The notes under the pieces: generated by a model | Seen by the model: the letters and a program-made list of their open reading frames with translations, nothing else | Database searches by the model: none | What the model was told of the DNA's origin: nothing | Part shown: piece by piece, positions 1 to 10,117 of the stretch | Numbering within the stretch: the stretch's first letter is position 1 | How the letters are laid out: each line of letters opens with the position of its first letter | Translations under genes and position numbers: made by a program | Assembly: GCF_000143415.4 (NCBI RefSeq) | Contig: NW_003314285.1 | Coordinates: 895,370-959,369, forward strand | Direction: 5' to 3' | Length of the DNA stretch: 64,000 nucleotides | Origin: Selaginella moellendorffii | Taxonomy: Eukaryota; Plantae; Lycopodiophyta

Positions 1-226
1 ATTGTTCCGCCAACTCGGCCTACGGCATCTTTGCGTCATGCCCAAGACCCCACAGGTAAGTTTTGAGTAGTTCTATGTTTTAACTCACGCTCTATACAAA
101 CAGGACGAGCCGATCTTAGGAATTTTAACGCGCCACGATTTTGTGCCGGAAAACCTGTTGACGCTGTATCCGTACCTCAAGCACAGGGCTACCAAGGTTC
201 CCAGGCTTTCCAGCTTCCTGGCTTGA
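1..226 (+). CDS. CLC: 3' end of a CLC chloride/anion channel (CBS domain, CLC-c-like); last two exons
   Basis: Exons <1-55 and 104-226 (GT-AG intron 56-103) translate to LFRQLGLRHLCVMPKTPQ/DEPILGILTRHDFVPENLLTLYPYL...*, matching the plant CLC C-terminal CBS motif LFRxLGLRHL...GILTRHDF. Confidence 0.9.
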
Positions 227-395
227 TTCATTATTTATTGTGATTTGTTATTATCCTTCATTTCGGTGCGATGTTCTTCATGTGTACAGAGGTTGAAACA
301 TAATGGTATCAGCGAGATTTTTCTTCCAGTTTTTAGAACTTTTTAAACTATAAATATATTAGCTTTAAAACATGTAATAATAATGAAAGATAAGT

Positions 396-1418
396 TTATT
401 GTATATATGGGTGATGGTCACATCCATCTCCATTGATTATGAGACAAAACATGAGTACTATAAATATGAAAAACAAGACAATGGGCTCCTCAATCGCTCC
501 GTAAACAAACAGTATAACAAGTAAAACCACCTCTAAGAAAAGGGCTATGGACGCCCCCTGTTTCATGTCTTCTTCTTGTTCCAAGCTCGTGAGATCGGCT
601 GGCAGGCTGTTACCGGTGGCATCGGCAAAGTCTTTGAGAATCTTCTTGGCGACTCTTTGCTGGGGGTCGAAGTGCTTGAGATAGCTCCTTGGAGAATCCA
701 GCATCAAAGGTGAGATGTTGACAACGTAGACGAAGGCGAGGCAGGCGTTGAAGAGGTATACGTGCCGCCATGTTGGTAACAGCGGGATGGCGATCACGGG
801 AAGGAGCACGGCGAACTGGATGCAAACGATTGTCCATGCCGCATTTGAGAGGCTGTGCTTGCCGTGACACCACCGATCCTCGTCGAAGACGTGGAAGATC
901 CCCATCTGGACGTTGGAGACGTAGCAGAAGAACTTGACGATTTCAAGGGGGAAGGCGTTGGGAGAGATTGTGAGCCAGATCTCACATACGGCTCCAATGA
1001 AGAATGTGCAGCTTATGATCCATTTCTTGCTGTGCACGACGTGGGCAAGCAAGCCTGCGTGGGAGAAAAGGTGGTGGAAATCAAATATTGCGAAGACCAA
1101 GGCTTGGAGAATTGGGGACTTACCCATTAAAAGGATCTCCAAGACGATCGAGAAGCCCAGGAATGGCTGTAGAGGAGCATCCTGATCGCCTCCAGTGATG
1201 CTCACTAGCTTAAACGCTAGCGAGTGGTGGAATGTATGTTTTGATCCCCAGAAAACGTATGCCAAGTGAAAGAAACTGACCACGCAGCTTAGGGAATAGA
1301 AGATACTTTGGCGTTGAAACAGCCACTCATGCTTCGCCCATCCCTGCTCAATCTCTTCCAGTGAATACTGACCATTGCGATTAGCACGACTAATTCCTCG
1401 TAGCAGCCCTTCTTCCAT
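396..1418 (-). CDS. Divergent organic cation transporter (OCT/SLC22, MFS)-like protein, N-terminal half only; copy 1
   Basis: Hydrophobic ORF with OCT-like landmarks in order: W..Q..F.SL...FH, LTISPN, and TWRHVY...DSPRSYL...AKKILKDFADATGNSLP (cf. SWRxLY...ESPRWYL...A..IL..IA..NG..LP). Likely in-frame 69-nt GT-AG intron at 1055-1123. 3' end uncertain. Confidence 0.6.
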   Translation of the reverse strand: MEEGLLRGISRANRNGQYSLEEIEQGWAKHEWLFQRQSIFYSLSCVVSFFHLAYVFWGSKHTFHHSLAFKLVSITGGDQDAPLQPFLGFSIVLEILLMGKSPILQALVFAIFDFHHLFSHAGLLAHVVHSKKWIISCTFFIGAVCEIWLTISPNAFPLEIVKFFCYVSNVQMGIFHVFDEDRWCHGKHSLSNAAWTIVCIQFAVLLPVIAIPLLPTWRHVYLFNACLAFVYVVNISPLMLDSPRSYLKHFDPQQRVAKKILKDFADATGNSLPADLTSLEQEEDMKQGASIALFLEVVLLVILFVYGAIEEPIVLFFIFIVLMFCLIINGDGCDHHPYIQ

Positions 1419-1490
1419 AAAATCGCACAGAACCTAAACTTAAACCTTAAGTATACTAATATATTAATGAATAAATATTACAAATTATTA

Positions 1491-2421
1491 TTATTGTAAT
1501 GGAAAGCACAAAATTTTTGGAACAAATCTACTACCGCGCTCCAACCAACAATACATCAAAGCAAGTTCCTGCGCAAGAGCAACCAGAACCTTTGCTTTGC
1601 TCACACCTTGCTCTTTCAGAACTGGGCGATCTTCAGGCAGGATGTTCTCAGTTGCATCTGCAAAATCTTTGACCACGTCGAGGGCGCTGCTCTGATCAGA
1701 AGAGAAGCCCCTTAAGCACCACAAGTAGTCCACGGGAGAGTCCATCATGTGTGGCACGATGAAAGCCAAGTACGCAAACGTAAAGCATGCGTTCCACTCG
1801 AGCAAACACTTCCAAGTCGATAAGTGACGCGCAGCAAGAATGGGCCAGAAGATCCCAGCTTGCAAACACAAGAAAACCAGTACCGTCGTGGCGGGATCAT
1901 CGCGCTTCCCATGAAACCAGAAATCTTCCTCAAACCAGTGGCAAATTCCCATGAAAACGTTGGAGACGTAGCAAAACGAGATGATAACCTCAAGCACGCA
2001 CAAGACAACCTCGTTCGAGCACACCGTGATCCAAACGCTACCAATCGCACCGATCAAAAGAGTGTACTTAGAAAAACACCTCTTGCTACGAACGACTGTC
2101 CTGATCAATCCTAGAGAAAGAGAAAGGTGGCAGGTGTTGGCAAGAGAGTTCTTGTGGAAACTTACCGCTGACTATGATCTCTCCAAGGAGAACAAAACCC
2201 ACAAAAGCGTACGTAGCGGGGTGACTTGTTTTGTTGATCACCGATACGAGATTGTGGAAGGCATGGCCCCAAAAGATCCATATCAAATGAAACACAGTGA
2301 CAACGTAACTCAGCCCAAAGAAAAATCCTTGGCGCTGGAAAGCCCAGCCATGATTCTCCCAGCTTCGCTCGATATCTCTCAAGGAATGCTTGGGAGGATC
2401 TAGGAAGCCTCTACTCTCCAT
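1491..2421 (-). CDS. Divergent OCT/SLC22-like half-transporter; tandem paralog, copy 2
   Basis: ORFs 2086-2421 and 1491-2108 join in frame through a 55-nt GTAAG...CTAG intron (2111-2165), at the same position as the intron in copy 1. Shares FQRQ..F..LS.VV..FHL, CYVSN, DSP..YL and KDFADAT.N.LP with copy 1. Confidence 0.6.
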
Positions 2422-2564
2422 TGCCCAGATAGATATAAACTCTAACTCCAGTTAATCTAAGTTTTTAAGTGCTCTGTTTTTAGGGTAACATTTTTTTGGT
2501 AGGGTAAAGTTCTAGCATTGCGAGCAAGGTTTTGGGATTTGGCGATCTCGCGAGGAGGGGGAGA

Positions 2565-3544
2565 ATGTCGGACTTCGATGTGAAGATCGACTATGTGTTC
2601 AAGGTAGTACTGATTGGCGACTCCGCGGTGGGCAAATCCCAGCTGCTGTCGAGATTCGCGCGCGACGAGTTCACCCTCGAGTCCAAATCCACAATTGGCG
2701 TCGAGTTCCAGACCCGCACCATTTCGGTCGACGGCAAGACTATCAAGGCGCAGATCTGGGACACGGCCGGCCAGGAGAGGTAAATTCCAATCGATTTCTC
2801 ATCTCAGCTAGAGAGCTTCCTTCCGCCCCCGCCCCACTGTTACTAAATAGTTCCATGGAGTAACTTCCCGCAAATCTCTCTATACTTTTAGATCCTTATC
2901 CAGGAAATCTCTGCGCCCCTCTGGAGTCCGATAGATCCCTTCCACATTCATTCTAAGTTTTGAGAGATCTTCCCAGCCCAAGCTTTCTCCTCGATTTCAA
3001 TAGATCATGGAAGAACCATAGAAGAGTTTTCTCCAGAGATCTTCCAAGCTGACTCTTTAGCTTTACAAACTCACGAGGATCTCTCTCTTTGGCCAGGTAC
3101 CGGGCGGTGACGAGCGCTTACTACCGCGGCGCGGTGGGCGCCATGCTCGTCTACGACATCACGAGAAAGCAAACCTTCGAGCACGTAGCGCGGTGGCTGG
3201 AAGAACTTCGCAACCACGCGGACAACAACGTGGTGATCATGATGGTGGGAAACAAATCCGACCTGAGCAACAGCCGCGCCATGTCCGTGGAGGAGGGCCG
3301 GGAGTTTAGCGAGAAGGAGGGGCTCTACTTCATGGAGACGTCGGCGCTCGACTCCACCAACGTAGAGACGGCCTTCACGACGGTGCTGACCGAGATCTAC
3401 AAGATCGTGAGCAAGAAGAGCCTGGCCGCCGACGATCCAAACGGGGGACTGGCCAATGTGATGCCACCCGTGCCATCGGGCAACAAAATCCTCCTAGATG
3501 ACGAGCTCACGGCAGTGAAGAAGAGGGCGTGCTGTAGTACGTGA
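2565..3544 (+). CDS. RABA4: Rab11-family small GTPase, RabA4-like
   Basis: Exons 2565-2779 and 3097-3544; [56 protein letters not shown]; C-terminal CCST prenylation motif. Confidence 0.95.
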
Positions 3545-3967
3545 GATCACCCAGCTCGCACTCATCACTTGCCACGATTCTTCTATATATACATTAGTAA
3601 GCTTTTAAAATTTTGCAATTTTTTTCGGTTAAACATTTGCACTATTAAAATATATATAAAATATTGATTTAAAGGTAACTGTATAATTATAAGTATTATT
3701 AGCATTTTTTAGGTTTATAATTGGCCATACGATACTTTTTCGAGGATGAGAAAATTATATAATTAGCTATGATAAAAAAAAATTCAAAATGTGAAAGCTT
3801 CATAATTGGTTATAATAATCATTCTTTTTTTCCAAGATGTGAATGTTTTAGAGCACATAAAAGAATAATAATTTTTAAAAATTAAAAATCATAAGTTTTA
3901 ATAAATAATTTAAATATTTAATAATCTAATAAATTTATTATATTTTAGTATTAAGAAAATTAAATAT

Positions 3968-6178
3968 TGTGAGGGCTACGTATACAGCTATGATGCCATA
4001 TATTAATATTAATGTAGTGGGATTTTGGTAGCCATCAGATTAGTTTCAATCCAAACCATTCACTTTTGTATATAAAATAGAGTTTTTAGGCTAATTGATA
4101 TGCACATTTTCTATATTTCTTTTTTTTATTCCAAGCACTCACATTGGTGGAGGTGAGGGGCACCTTTTGATTGTCTTTGAAGAGTGTTTGGATTTAGGAT
4201 TTTGGTTTAGATTGAGTTTTTGTATTGTCTAGATTTAGCTTTTTCTATTTCCTTTCTTTTGTTTTTTCCTTTCATGAGTTTGGTTTTAATCTAGCTTTTT
4301 GGCATTGTTTAGATCTTTCTTTCTTTCTAGCTTTTTGTCATTTCTCTTCTTTTGCTCTTTCCTTTTCATTCATCTTTATAGCAGATCAACAATCTACTCC
4401 TTTAACCCTAGAGTAGCAGTTGGTACAATTGCTTGATGTTATGCACTTGCAATTGAACAACAAAACTCAATTGATGGTAGCATTCATAGCATGTGGTTTA
4501 ACTTCTCTTGCTTTTGGTGTCAAGCCTCGCGTTCAGCTAGAGTTCTTTCGTGATGATGTGTACCATTGGTTCGATCACTTCACTGTGATTGCCACATATC
4601 ATTCTTCGGATGATGCTCGACGTTTGTGTGAGTTTCCCATGTGTCTCCAAGGGACGGCACTACAGTGGTACAATGGTTTGAGTGCAGCCACTTGTGGGGA
4701 TTGGAGTGTTCTCTCAAACATTTTCAAATGCACATTTGGACATGTTGACGATTGTGATGATGCCTTCTAACAATTGCATTGTCTTTGTCAAGGGCCATCT
4801 GAGTCAGTGATGCAATTTGGCATTTGTTTCCGAAGCCTCTTGCTTCGTGCAGAGCCAAATATATCAAAGCGGATCAAGCTAGGAATGATGTGGCTAACAC
4901 TTCATCAAGATTTTATTAGACTTGTGCATGCACTTGCTCTTACCACCTTTGACGATGCTCTTCGCTTGGCACAACATTATAAGACATCACCTCTTCCCCT
5001 TCTTGTTGCACGTCCTTCCACTCCAGTTCCTATGGGTGATGGTCCTATTCTAATGGAGGTTGATATTGCTGCTGCTCGAGTCTAAAGACAAGGACGAGGA
5101 TGTGGTCATGGCCGTGACATTTGTTGTTGGGCATGTGATGAAGTTAGTCACACTTATTGGCATTGTCGGCATTTTCTGGGTTGGCAACCTCCATTTCTTG
5201 GATGGAGACCTTAGCATCAACAACGTCCTATTGGTGATATTGTGGTGGAAGGTCTGGACACCAAGATGCATTCGGGAAATGAGGAGTCGTGCGAGTTATA
5301 GAGGGACTTTACAAGAATAAGTCAGTGACCCCTCCATCTTTCTTTCGGGAGTATCATCAAGGGGTTCACTGAGCACCAGTTAATCTAGTGTTTACTTTTC
5401 AAGTTTATTTTTATAACAAGAGGTCTTTTATTATTCTCTTCGTGTTGGTTGATACAAGTTCAAATTTATCTTCTATTGCTTAACCTGTTGCCATACATTG
5501 TTGTATACACTTGCGTCGTGCGACAGAACCAATTTTCATTCTTTATGGCAATAGCCATACACATGCATATGCACGAGATGAGGTGGACCTAGTTGTGCGT
5601 GTGGGCGATTTTGAACTTAGGTTGCAATCATTGTAAGTGGTGCTAAGTCAAGCTTTTGACCTCATCCTTGGTATAGAATGGTTACAGTGCAACCATGTTA
5701 GGTATAACTTTGAGGCTTCTCCCCCTTGTTTTATACTTTCTTATATTTCATCCATTCCTTTCATTTCCGTACTTCTTTAACCTTCTTCCATTACTTTTGT
5801 CCCCCCATTATTTCCTTCTATGTTTCTATCTTGTTTTGCTCTTCCCTTTTCCGATCCCTTCAACAATCTTTGTGCTGCAACAGTTGCCCGGCTCATGAAA
5901 AAGTATTCTAATCTCTTTGAATTTGACTTATCGTCTGGGGCCAAGATTGCCACACGTCATCCAATTCCAACCGAGGATGCTCATCTAATCAAAGTTTTTG
6001 TTCGTCGTTGATTACCTAAAAAGATCAAGATTTTACATGCAAACATCAAAGAGATGTTAAAGAAGGGTGTTATTCGGAAGTTGTGAAGTCCTTGGGCATG
6101 TGAATGTGTCCTTGTCACAAGATGTGTGGGCATTTTATGACAAAGTCCGATGGGAGTATTTGTTTCTGCATTGACTAA
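3968..6178 (+). mobile_element. Decayed Ty3/gypsy LTR retrotransposon, 5' part (LTR, PBS, gag, protease, start of RT); same family as 45151-50160
   Basis: LTR-like TGTGAGGG...GCACTCACA at 3968-4143, same PBS TTGGTGGAGGTGAGGGGCACC, gag fragments (DDVYHWFDHFTVIATYH, QGPSESVMQFG) with stops. Similarity ends in early RT (FCID). Confidence 0.92.
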
Positions 6179-7349
6179 AGTTAGAAAAATGCAAAAAGTA
6201 AAGAGAAAGGATTAGAAGGTAAATTGAAGGATTGACATCCTATAAAATCTTCACTTCGTTTCCAAAATTATCTCTATAATAATCAAGTTCATCATCATAA
6301 TTCAAAATCCACTTGTTATCATAATCTAGAATCCACTTGAGCTCATATATATTGTCTTCCCATAAACTTGATTTTTAAACATTCTCGAAGAACTAGACTA
6401 CATCATCTATCACTCACCAACTAATATTATAATCATGCTCCATATCAATAAGAGTTAGTAGAATAGAAGATGCTATTTAATTATATCCCACAGAAATTAG
6501 AGATGGCAACACATCAAAGATAGAGACAATACTAATACAATTACACTGACAACACCAAAAGTTCAATATAATGGAGTAATATCAACACTCTTAAGTGATA
6601 TACTTTTTTATCAATAGTGGCATGGCATGGCAAAAGAAAAGAATGCAATAATTATTGAAGCACAAATATAAGCACAGTGATAGCTAGAATTCTAGATCTT
6701 GCAAAAAGTTAACATAGATCTAAATTTAAAAGAGAAAGAAAAGAATACAAAACAAAGCATTGATAAAAGCTTTCCCCTCTAGGGATAAATTGTAATTTAG
6801 CAATATATGGGAATAGGTATATTAATTAGGATTTAAACCCCTCTTTATATATAAGCATGAATGGATTAAATTAAGTCCCAAATACTACTATAATTAACAT
6901 TTTACTTAGGTATATATATATATATATTTGTGTATGTGTATTTATAGACCTTACAAATGCTTTTTATTTAAAAATTTAAACAAAAACTTAATTATGTTTT
7001 ATCAATGAGAATGTTGGAAAGGTAATATATTCATCTTTAATTGCCTTACAAAATTGAGAAACTGGAAACTAAATGGGCACTCATGGATTAGTTAACAATT
7101 TTAACACATGCAAAATACAGTAAAATTAACAAGTGTTTGAGTAAAGAACCAAATACTTAACCAAGCATTTGACACTTTTTGTTATATGAACATAAATTTA
7201 ACACCATTATTTTTATTCTTTTTAAATTCTTCTTCTTACATAATCTATAAAAAAAAAACTGACATAATTGTTTTTTTACAATTAGGAAATTTAAAATATT
7301 TACAAAATATTATCTTTCTATAATAGCATTCATTTGTTATGAGTTAGCT

Positions 7350-7950
7350 TTTGTTTAGAGATGTACAGAAAACTTTCATTGGATCACCATGACATTAGAG
7401 CTGGAAAATAAAGTACAAGACTTTGAGCATTCACTTCTAGAAGTGTATAATTGCTTTAAGAGGATAAGGCACCCTTGTCACAAGGCATGAACCAAATTTT
7501 TTATATAATAATATATAAAGTTGCTTGAATGAGTTAATATTTAATAGTTTGTGAATATAGTGTTATAGTGTTGCCTCAAAGGTTCTTGACATTTATGCAA
7601 ATAGGCAAAGCATCCTCAATATTGTTAACCCCACCTGGATGCACAGCAGTTATGGTTTGTCAGATTTCAATTTTCTTAGTTTTCTTAATGATAACTTACA
7701 AAATTTCCTTATTTTATTCTTTTTTTTTATCTTGAAGATCCACTCGTTAGAAATTTGGATATTTTAATGGTCTTGCCCACTATCTTCTTTTGCAATTGAA
7801 ACTCACAATAGTGCTAAATCACTATTTGGACTAACACTATTTGGAAGTGATTTTTATTGCCTATTATACCTTTTGATTTCATAGTTAATCAAGATTCGGT
7901 TTTGGTCCTTACCCTCAGGTAAACTAATCATTCTCCAGGTTACTGAACTT
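7350..7950 (+). pseudogene. Possible relic of an intron-containing KDZ (Kyakuja-Dileera-Zisupton)-type transposase
   Basis: Exon-like blocks in AT-rich DNA give, in order, EHSLLEVYNCFK, LDI, AHYLLLQLK, FGLT and RFWS, resembling the KDZ order H..L...N..GE / YDI.C / AH...CQ / FGL.DGE..ER.WS. Many stops and frameshifts. Confidence 0.25.
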
Positions 7951-8097
7951 GAGGAATACATGCTTAATAATGTATTTGACAAATTCTAGATAAGCTATTA
8001 CCAATTTGGAGGTACTGAAGTTAGAGAAGTATATTTTTATAATATTCTTTTTTGCAGTTAATAATTTACTTTTTCCCCTTATGTTTGCCTTTTTGTA

Positions 8098-9879
8098 TCA
8101 TCGGGCTTGGATGGGAGAGGTTGGCAAGTTAACAGAGAATCCTCTGGGCAAGGTGGTGGTCTCTAGCTCCACAAGAGATTCCAGCTGCTTTACCACCAGT
8201 CCCATGGACGGTCTCAACCAAGGTTCCTCTTGTGTACACGACACAGCAATCTCCAGAATTTTCTGGCATTCCACCTCCACAAAACTGGGATCTCTCCTCA
8301 GCCTTGGATCGATCAGGCTGTTGTGGCAATCGGCTTGGATCTCAACATCCTCCACTCCAGCCAAGTAATTCGATCCAGAACTGGTTTCTTCCTCACCGCC
8401 CTCGATTGCCTGATCTAGCTCTTCGATTCTCCTCCGGCAGCAAACCAGCTCGATCAAAACCACACCGTAGCTGTAGACGTCTGTCTTGTCTGTGATCGTG
8501 GAATGGAGCCACTCGGGCGCCATGTAGCCCTGAGTTCCTCGCATCACCGTGATCGTTTGGCTCTTGTCCTTGTCGACAATCTTGGCGAATCCAAAATCGG
8601 AAATCTTGGCACGCATCTTCCCATCCAGAAGAATGTTCTGAGGCTTGATATCCAGATGGAAGATCTTCTCGCGGCATGAATCGTGGAGATAGGCCAGCCC
8701 GCGGGCGACATCCATGGCGATCGAGACCCTGCTGCTCCAATCCAAGTACCTCTCCTTGCCAAAAATCCACGAATCCAGCGACCCGTTTGGCATGAATTCG
8801 TACACCAGGAAGTGGAGCGGGCTCTTGATGCAAAACCCCAGCAGCCTCACGAGATTCAAGTGGTGAATCCTCCCCACGGCCATCACCTCCGCCCGGAATT
8901 GCTTGCCAGAGCCCCCGATCCGCTTGACAGCCACCAATCTCCCATCCGGAAGAACACCCTTGAAGACAGACCCCGATCCGCCCTGTCCCAGCTTCGATCC
9001 AGCGCCGAAATCCCCGGTCGCGGCACAGAGCTTCCGATGCCTGAATCGCTCCGGCAGCATTCCCCCGAGCTCGCTCTCCTTCTCGCAATCCCTAGCCCGG
9101 GACCGCGCTGCCCGCCACGCAAAAACGCCAAGAACAAGCCCTAGAACAATCCCAGCCGTCGCTGCCGCCACGGAGGACGCGATCGCAACCGTCCGTTCCA
9201 AACGCGGCCTCTTTCCCGCGCGCTCAAACTCCCATGTTATATCGATGATCCCTTCCGAGATTTTGTGTCCCAGGGCCTCCCAAACGCCCTGCGTGGCGCC
9301 CAGGCTCTTTGGAGAGCACGGTGGATAGAAGCTAGTGGCGGCGGTACAGCCATCCATGCCCGAGCACTCGTCCACAACCATGGCCGTCACGGTACGGCCG
9401 TTGAGGGCCGTGATCGTTACGTTTCTACCGCAAGCGCCTCTTGGCCGTTGATAGTTATACCATCCGGTGGCCATGGATGCCACGAGATCGGACGGCTGGT
9501 ATTTCTTCTCCTCGCACCTCGAGCCATTATCGAGCTCGATGTAGTAGAGAATGGCGGGGTTGGGGCGGCGGCGCGACACTGGCGGCGAGCAATCGTAGAG
9601 ATAGTATGTGGTGTTTGTGGCGCAGTGATCCTCGTCGATGGTAGGAGCGGTGTAGACGAATGATTGGGCGGGATTGCAGCCCGGGGCGACTGGGCAAACG
9701 GAGATGTGGGTGTTGGAGGGATCGCTGTTGCATTGGCCGTAGGGATCGCAGATCATCATGGCCGGGCAGTCGTTGACGCTCGCGCAGGGCTTGCCGCAGG
9801 CGCTGCTCGTGGATTGGGGATTCCCGGCCGCGAAGAACAGCGTGACCGTGGCGAGAAGAACTGGGATAGAATTGGGCAT
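8098..9879 (-). CDS. Receptor-like kinase with kiwellin (kissper + barwin-like DPBB) ectodomain and non-RD SD-2-like kinase; copy 1, intronless
   Basis: First ATG 9879 (MPNSIPVLLATVTLFFAAG signal peptide); CGKPCASVNDC...IC...C kissper; YDCSPP, VASMATGWY, CGRNVTITALNGRTVTAMVVDEC, PPC, VWEALG, GIIDITW; TM helix; VAVK, HLDIKPQNILLD, DFG, MRGTQGYMAPEW. Confidence 0.92.
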   Translation of the reverse strand: MPNSIPVLLATVTLFFAAGNPQSTSSACGKPCASVNDCPAMMICDPYGQCNSDPSNTHISVCPVAPGCNPAQSFVYTAPTIDEDHCATNTTYYLYDCSPPVSRRRPNPAILYYIELDNGSRCEEKKYQPSDLVASMATGWYNYQRPRGACGRNVTITALNGRTVTAMVVDECSGMDGCTAATSFYPPCSPKSLGATQGVWEALGHKISEGIIDITWEFERAGKRPRLERTVAIASSVAAATAGIVLGLVLGVFAWRAARSRARDCEKESELGGMLPERFRHRKLCAATGDFGAGSKLGQGGSGSVFKGVLPDGRLVAVKRIGGSGKQFRAEVMAVGRIHHLNLVRLLGFCIKSPLHFLVYEFMPNGSLDSWIFGKERYLDWSSRVSIAMDVARGLAYLHDSCREKIFHLDIKPQNILLDGKMRAKISDFGFAKIVDKDKSQTITVMRGTQGYMAPEWLHSTITDKTDVYSYGVVLIELVCCRRRIEELDQAIEGGEEETSSGSNYLAGVEDVEIQADCHNSLIDPRLRRDPSFVEVECQKILEIAVSCTQEEPWLRPSMGLVVKQLESLVELETTTLPRGFSVNLPTSPIQAR

Positions 9880-10117
9880 TGTAGAGTTGGAGAGATTTGG
9901 GGAAAAAGCGATCGATCCTGACAATCTGGGGGATTGGTTCTTAAAGATCGCGGTGGTTTAGTTAGACTTTGCGAGCATCTTCTCGCCGCGAAAGTCTAGA
10001 GTTGACTTTGACATTGGGATCGATCGATCGCCAGAGATTTAGTTCGTTTTGGAGTATGCTCTGGGTAGAAACGTTCCAATCGATCACAAACTCTCCCTCT
10101 CTTGCGAGTTTTTAAAA
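9880..10117. promoter_or_regulatory. 238-bp shared bidirectional promoter region of the two kiwellin-RLKs
   Basis: Gap between divergent ATGs at 9879 (-) and 10118 (+); contains TTGACTTTGACA (W-box core plus near-copy) at about 10002-10013. Confidence 0.6.
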
